Below, in pieces: positions 61,026 to 64,000 of a DNA stretch of 64,000 nt. Origin of the DNA: Yuukianura sp. NJ FZ-2021 (taxonomy: Eukaryota); assembly GCA_046563655.1 (NCBI GenBank), contig CM102287.1, positions 3,162,001 through 3,226,000 on the forward strand. The letters are read 5' to 3'. Every line of letters starts with the position of its first letter. Positions within the stretch are counted from its first letter, which is position 1. The position numbers and the translations under genes are program-made. The notes under the pieces were generated by a model. The model saw nothing but the letters and a program-made list of their open reading frames with translations, was not told the DNA's origin and did no database searches.

Positions 61026-64000
61026 GTCGGCTGGATTCAGTGCTGATGGAACATATTTCCCTGATTCGGTTGGGATGATTTCTTGGATAACTGCAATCCG
61101 GTTGGCAACGAAAGTTTCGAAGCGTCGAGACTTGCAACTTATCCATCGAAGGACGATCTCGGAATCGGTCCAAGTGTGAATCTTGAATTGAGCATCAAGA
61201 GTAGTTTTGAGAGCGTTGATCAGTTTTGCAAGCAGCATGGTGCTGCACAGTTCAAGTCTGGAGATTGAGAGCCTTCGGAAGAGTAACTTGACAGAGATTG
61301 TCCTTGAAGTTAGGAAGCTGAGAGGGTCGGATTCCCTTGACATCTCCGAGAGGACATGTCGCTTGGTGACCTTGGATGATGTCTTCCGCCGAAACCCTGT
61401 AAGGACGAAAGAGTCCTTAGTGGAGATTCCAAGTACCTTCTGAAGTGTGGAGGATGAGGCTTCAATGGTCCTATTTCTCTCCTTCATGGTGGCTGGGATG
61501 TGGTCCAGTACAGCATTTGAGTCGGAGTCCCACTTCCGGAGTTCCAGTTTGGCGGACTCAGATATGGCGGTGAGTTGCTTCTGGACTTCAACAGTTCCTT
61601 CTGTGGTAGGATCGGAACACAGGACTTCATCTGCACTGCAATGGTTTTGAAGTACCTCTGCTCCCGGTGGATCCATGGATCCTTCACCTTCAATGTCCAA
61701 TGCGTCCAGCAGGGAGACCTGATGAACCCGAATGACATGAACTTGAGCATGTTGTGATGACACGGAGCCACCAATGGTCCACCCAAGACGAGTGCTGAGT
61801 GCAGAAGGAGTTCCAGGTGGGCCATCAATCTTCTGTCCAGTGACCAAAGCGAAGAAACAGGAAACGTCCAGGATCATGTCCACTTCTCCTGGTGTGTGGA
61901 GTTTGGATCCGCCAGTTGCAGCCTTTTGAGGTGGGACCAGGTTGATGTGTCCAGCGGTTGGTCTGGTTGAGGGGTCGTGACCTTTGGCATGATGATAGCA
62001 GCAACAGAGAACTGATAGGCCCCATCATGTGAAGTCAAAGTGAGCGTCGTGACTCCTGTGCTCTGGCCAACGTACGTGTCACCAACTCCATAGATGTGAG
62101 GTTCGTTCCTGGAGCGAGGTAGTCCAAGTCGACGAACACAAGCTTCGCTGATAAGATTGCCTTGAGCTCCAGAATCCAGAAAGACACGAACCCAGGAATC
62201 AGTCCCATGCTTGTTTTTAGCCTTCACCATGGCAGTGGCCAGCAGAGGTAGAGATGAAGACAAGCCGCTTATGACTGCAGAGTTGATGGTGGCAGAAGCT
62301 GAAGAGGCTTCAGGAAGGAATTCGGTGCCACCAGGAACAAATGAAGATGTGATTGGAGGTGGAGCAGTATTGTAGGACGGAGAGCCCTTTCCACCCCTCT
62401 GAGTATCATGAAGAAGCGTATGATGCTTCTTCTGACACTGGCGGCATCGAGATGTAGAGTTGCATTCTTTCGTGAAGTGCCCTGGCGAAAAACAAGAGTA
62501 GCAGAGACGCTTCTGGGTCACGAACTTCTGGCGATCAGCAATTGTTTGCTGATTGAAGTCCGGACACTTGTAGATGGGGTGCCTTTCCTTGCCACAACAC
62601 AAACAGTTCTTAGAAGCAGGAGTCCCTTCAGTCACATGATGAACACGATGGTTGTCAGAGGGACGAGCGTTGACCTTAGAGATGGACTGAAGGCTGCGGA
62701 TCCTGACCTCTAAGAAGTCCGTCAAGTCCTTGAACTTAGGCATCTTGTTGTCCGCTGGAAGAACCTTGCCCCACTCTTTTCTTGTCTCCATGTCCAGCTT
62801 CTCCAAGATAAGATAGACGAGAAGGTCGTCCCAATCTTCAACCTCTCTTTTGAGGACCTTGAGTGACCTCAAAGCCTCTGTCACGGTGTCGATAAGGCGC
62901 TGGAGCGACGTGGCACTGTCAGAGGTCACTGACTTGGGTTCAGTAATCCTACGAATCAAGGAAAGGACAATTCGCGAGTGTTTTCATACCTTTTGATGAC
63001 CTCTTGCCACGCCTCTTCAAACTGACCCTCAGCAACAGCGTAGTTTCGAATTTGAAGGGCAGCATCTCCTTTCAGCGATGACTTGAGATACGACATCTTG
63101 AAAACACTGCTGAGGTCATCGTTGTTGACGACAATAGCAGAGAACAAGTCACGGAAACTAACCCAGTCTTCATGTTTTCCGTCAAAGGTCGGAAGGTCAA
63201 CTTTTGGCAACTTCACAGAGGGCGTTTTTGTAGCACCAATCACTGACGAGTTCAAAACACTGGTATTCATGGATGCTGGTGGAAGTGAAGCTCTGGCGGC
63301 TGCTTCCGCTTTGGCAGCGGTGTCTTCTAACAACCCTTTTGCCGTAAACAATGCACGAAAACAAGAAGTAATTATTTCCTGACCTTTACTGATGGTGGAT
63401 TTGCAATCCGCAAGTGCTTGATCATCCTTGATGACAGACATAGCCAGAAGAACCTCCCTCTCCCAAGATGAAAACTTTGTCTTGAGGTCAGTGATCAGCA
63501 TTTCTTTTAGTGGAACATCAACTGACACTACCTTTTTCCAATCCTTGAACTCCTTGTTGTAGAGGTCCTGAATTTGGTCAAAAGTGGCTTTGAGTCCAAA
63601 CTGAGCCCACTCAAACAACACTGGTGGTTCTTGAAGGTGACCTTCAGATGACTCGTCAGATGACCCCTTACTTGTAGATTGTTTTCTTGTCGCCATTTTT
63701 CTGTTGACGAACTTTCAGTTATTGTCACAAACACTTTCACACCCTTTGAAGTAGTTTCGGGAGAGTTCCCGGCGTTGGGCGCCAATGAGATGGGTGGATG
63801 ACTGTAGTGATGTACAAAAACTGAGAAGATGATTTTGAGTTCCTTTATTGTTACCACTTTCCAAGGAGGAGGGCACAATACAAGGCAAAACTTAACTTAA
63901 CTCGAGAGAGTTAGACTTGACCCCAGTGGGTCCGACTTAGAACAATAGTAGGGTCGCGTGACCACTACTGGAGAGAAACACAATTGGCTCGAGTGAGCAA

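Larger units (their letters stand above)
57996..64000 (-). mobile_element. BEL/Pao LTR retrotransposon, copy 2 (shares the middle LTR; 5' LTR truncated by the window end)
   Basis: Near-identical repeat at offset 5790; third LTR starts at 63786. Confidence 0.95.

Overview
Eukaryotic (invertebrate, arthropod-like) AT-rich genomic DNA with short GT-AG introns; the species cannot be determined from the sequence. Positions 1-51 kb hold about 11 spliced genes: intersectin (EH, coiled coil, 4 SH3, DH-PH-C2), a signal-peptide/Pro-rich membrane protein, an S1 serine protease, a small 4-TM protein, ALAD, a PPxY/CaaX protein, UBXN4, Top2, a GATAD1-like BAH protein, Chibby, a second 4-TM protein and a NOL7-like protein. 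Several small DNA-transposon derivatives and minisatellites are interspersed. Positions 52.2-64 kb are a tandem, LTR-sharing array (period 5790 bp) of a decayed BEL/Pao retrotransposon with a nested hAT-type MITE. Leading observations: (1) a spliced, in-frame, AUG-less N-terminal extension of Top2 that looks like a mitochondrial presequence starting at GUG; (2) at least 14 perfect TGACCTTTGACCT (DR1) copies, many hugging splice sites in a mirror-symmetric orientation and pointing to a 12-nt microexon; (3) two 78-nt mutually exclusive exons in the intersectin C2 domain, plus a T|GA versus T|GG short/long switch; (4) a middle LTR whose SNPs fit an unequal-crossover chimera. All exon structures were derived by hand and none has transcript support.
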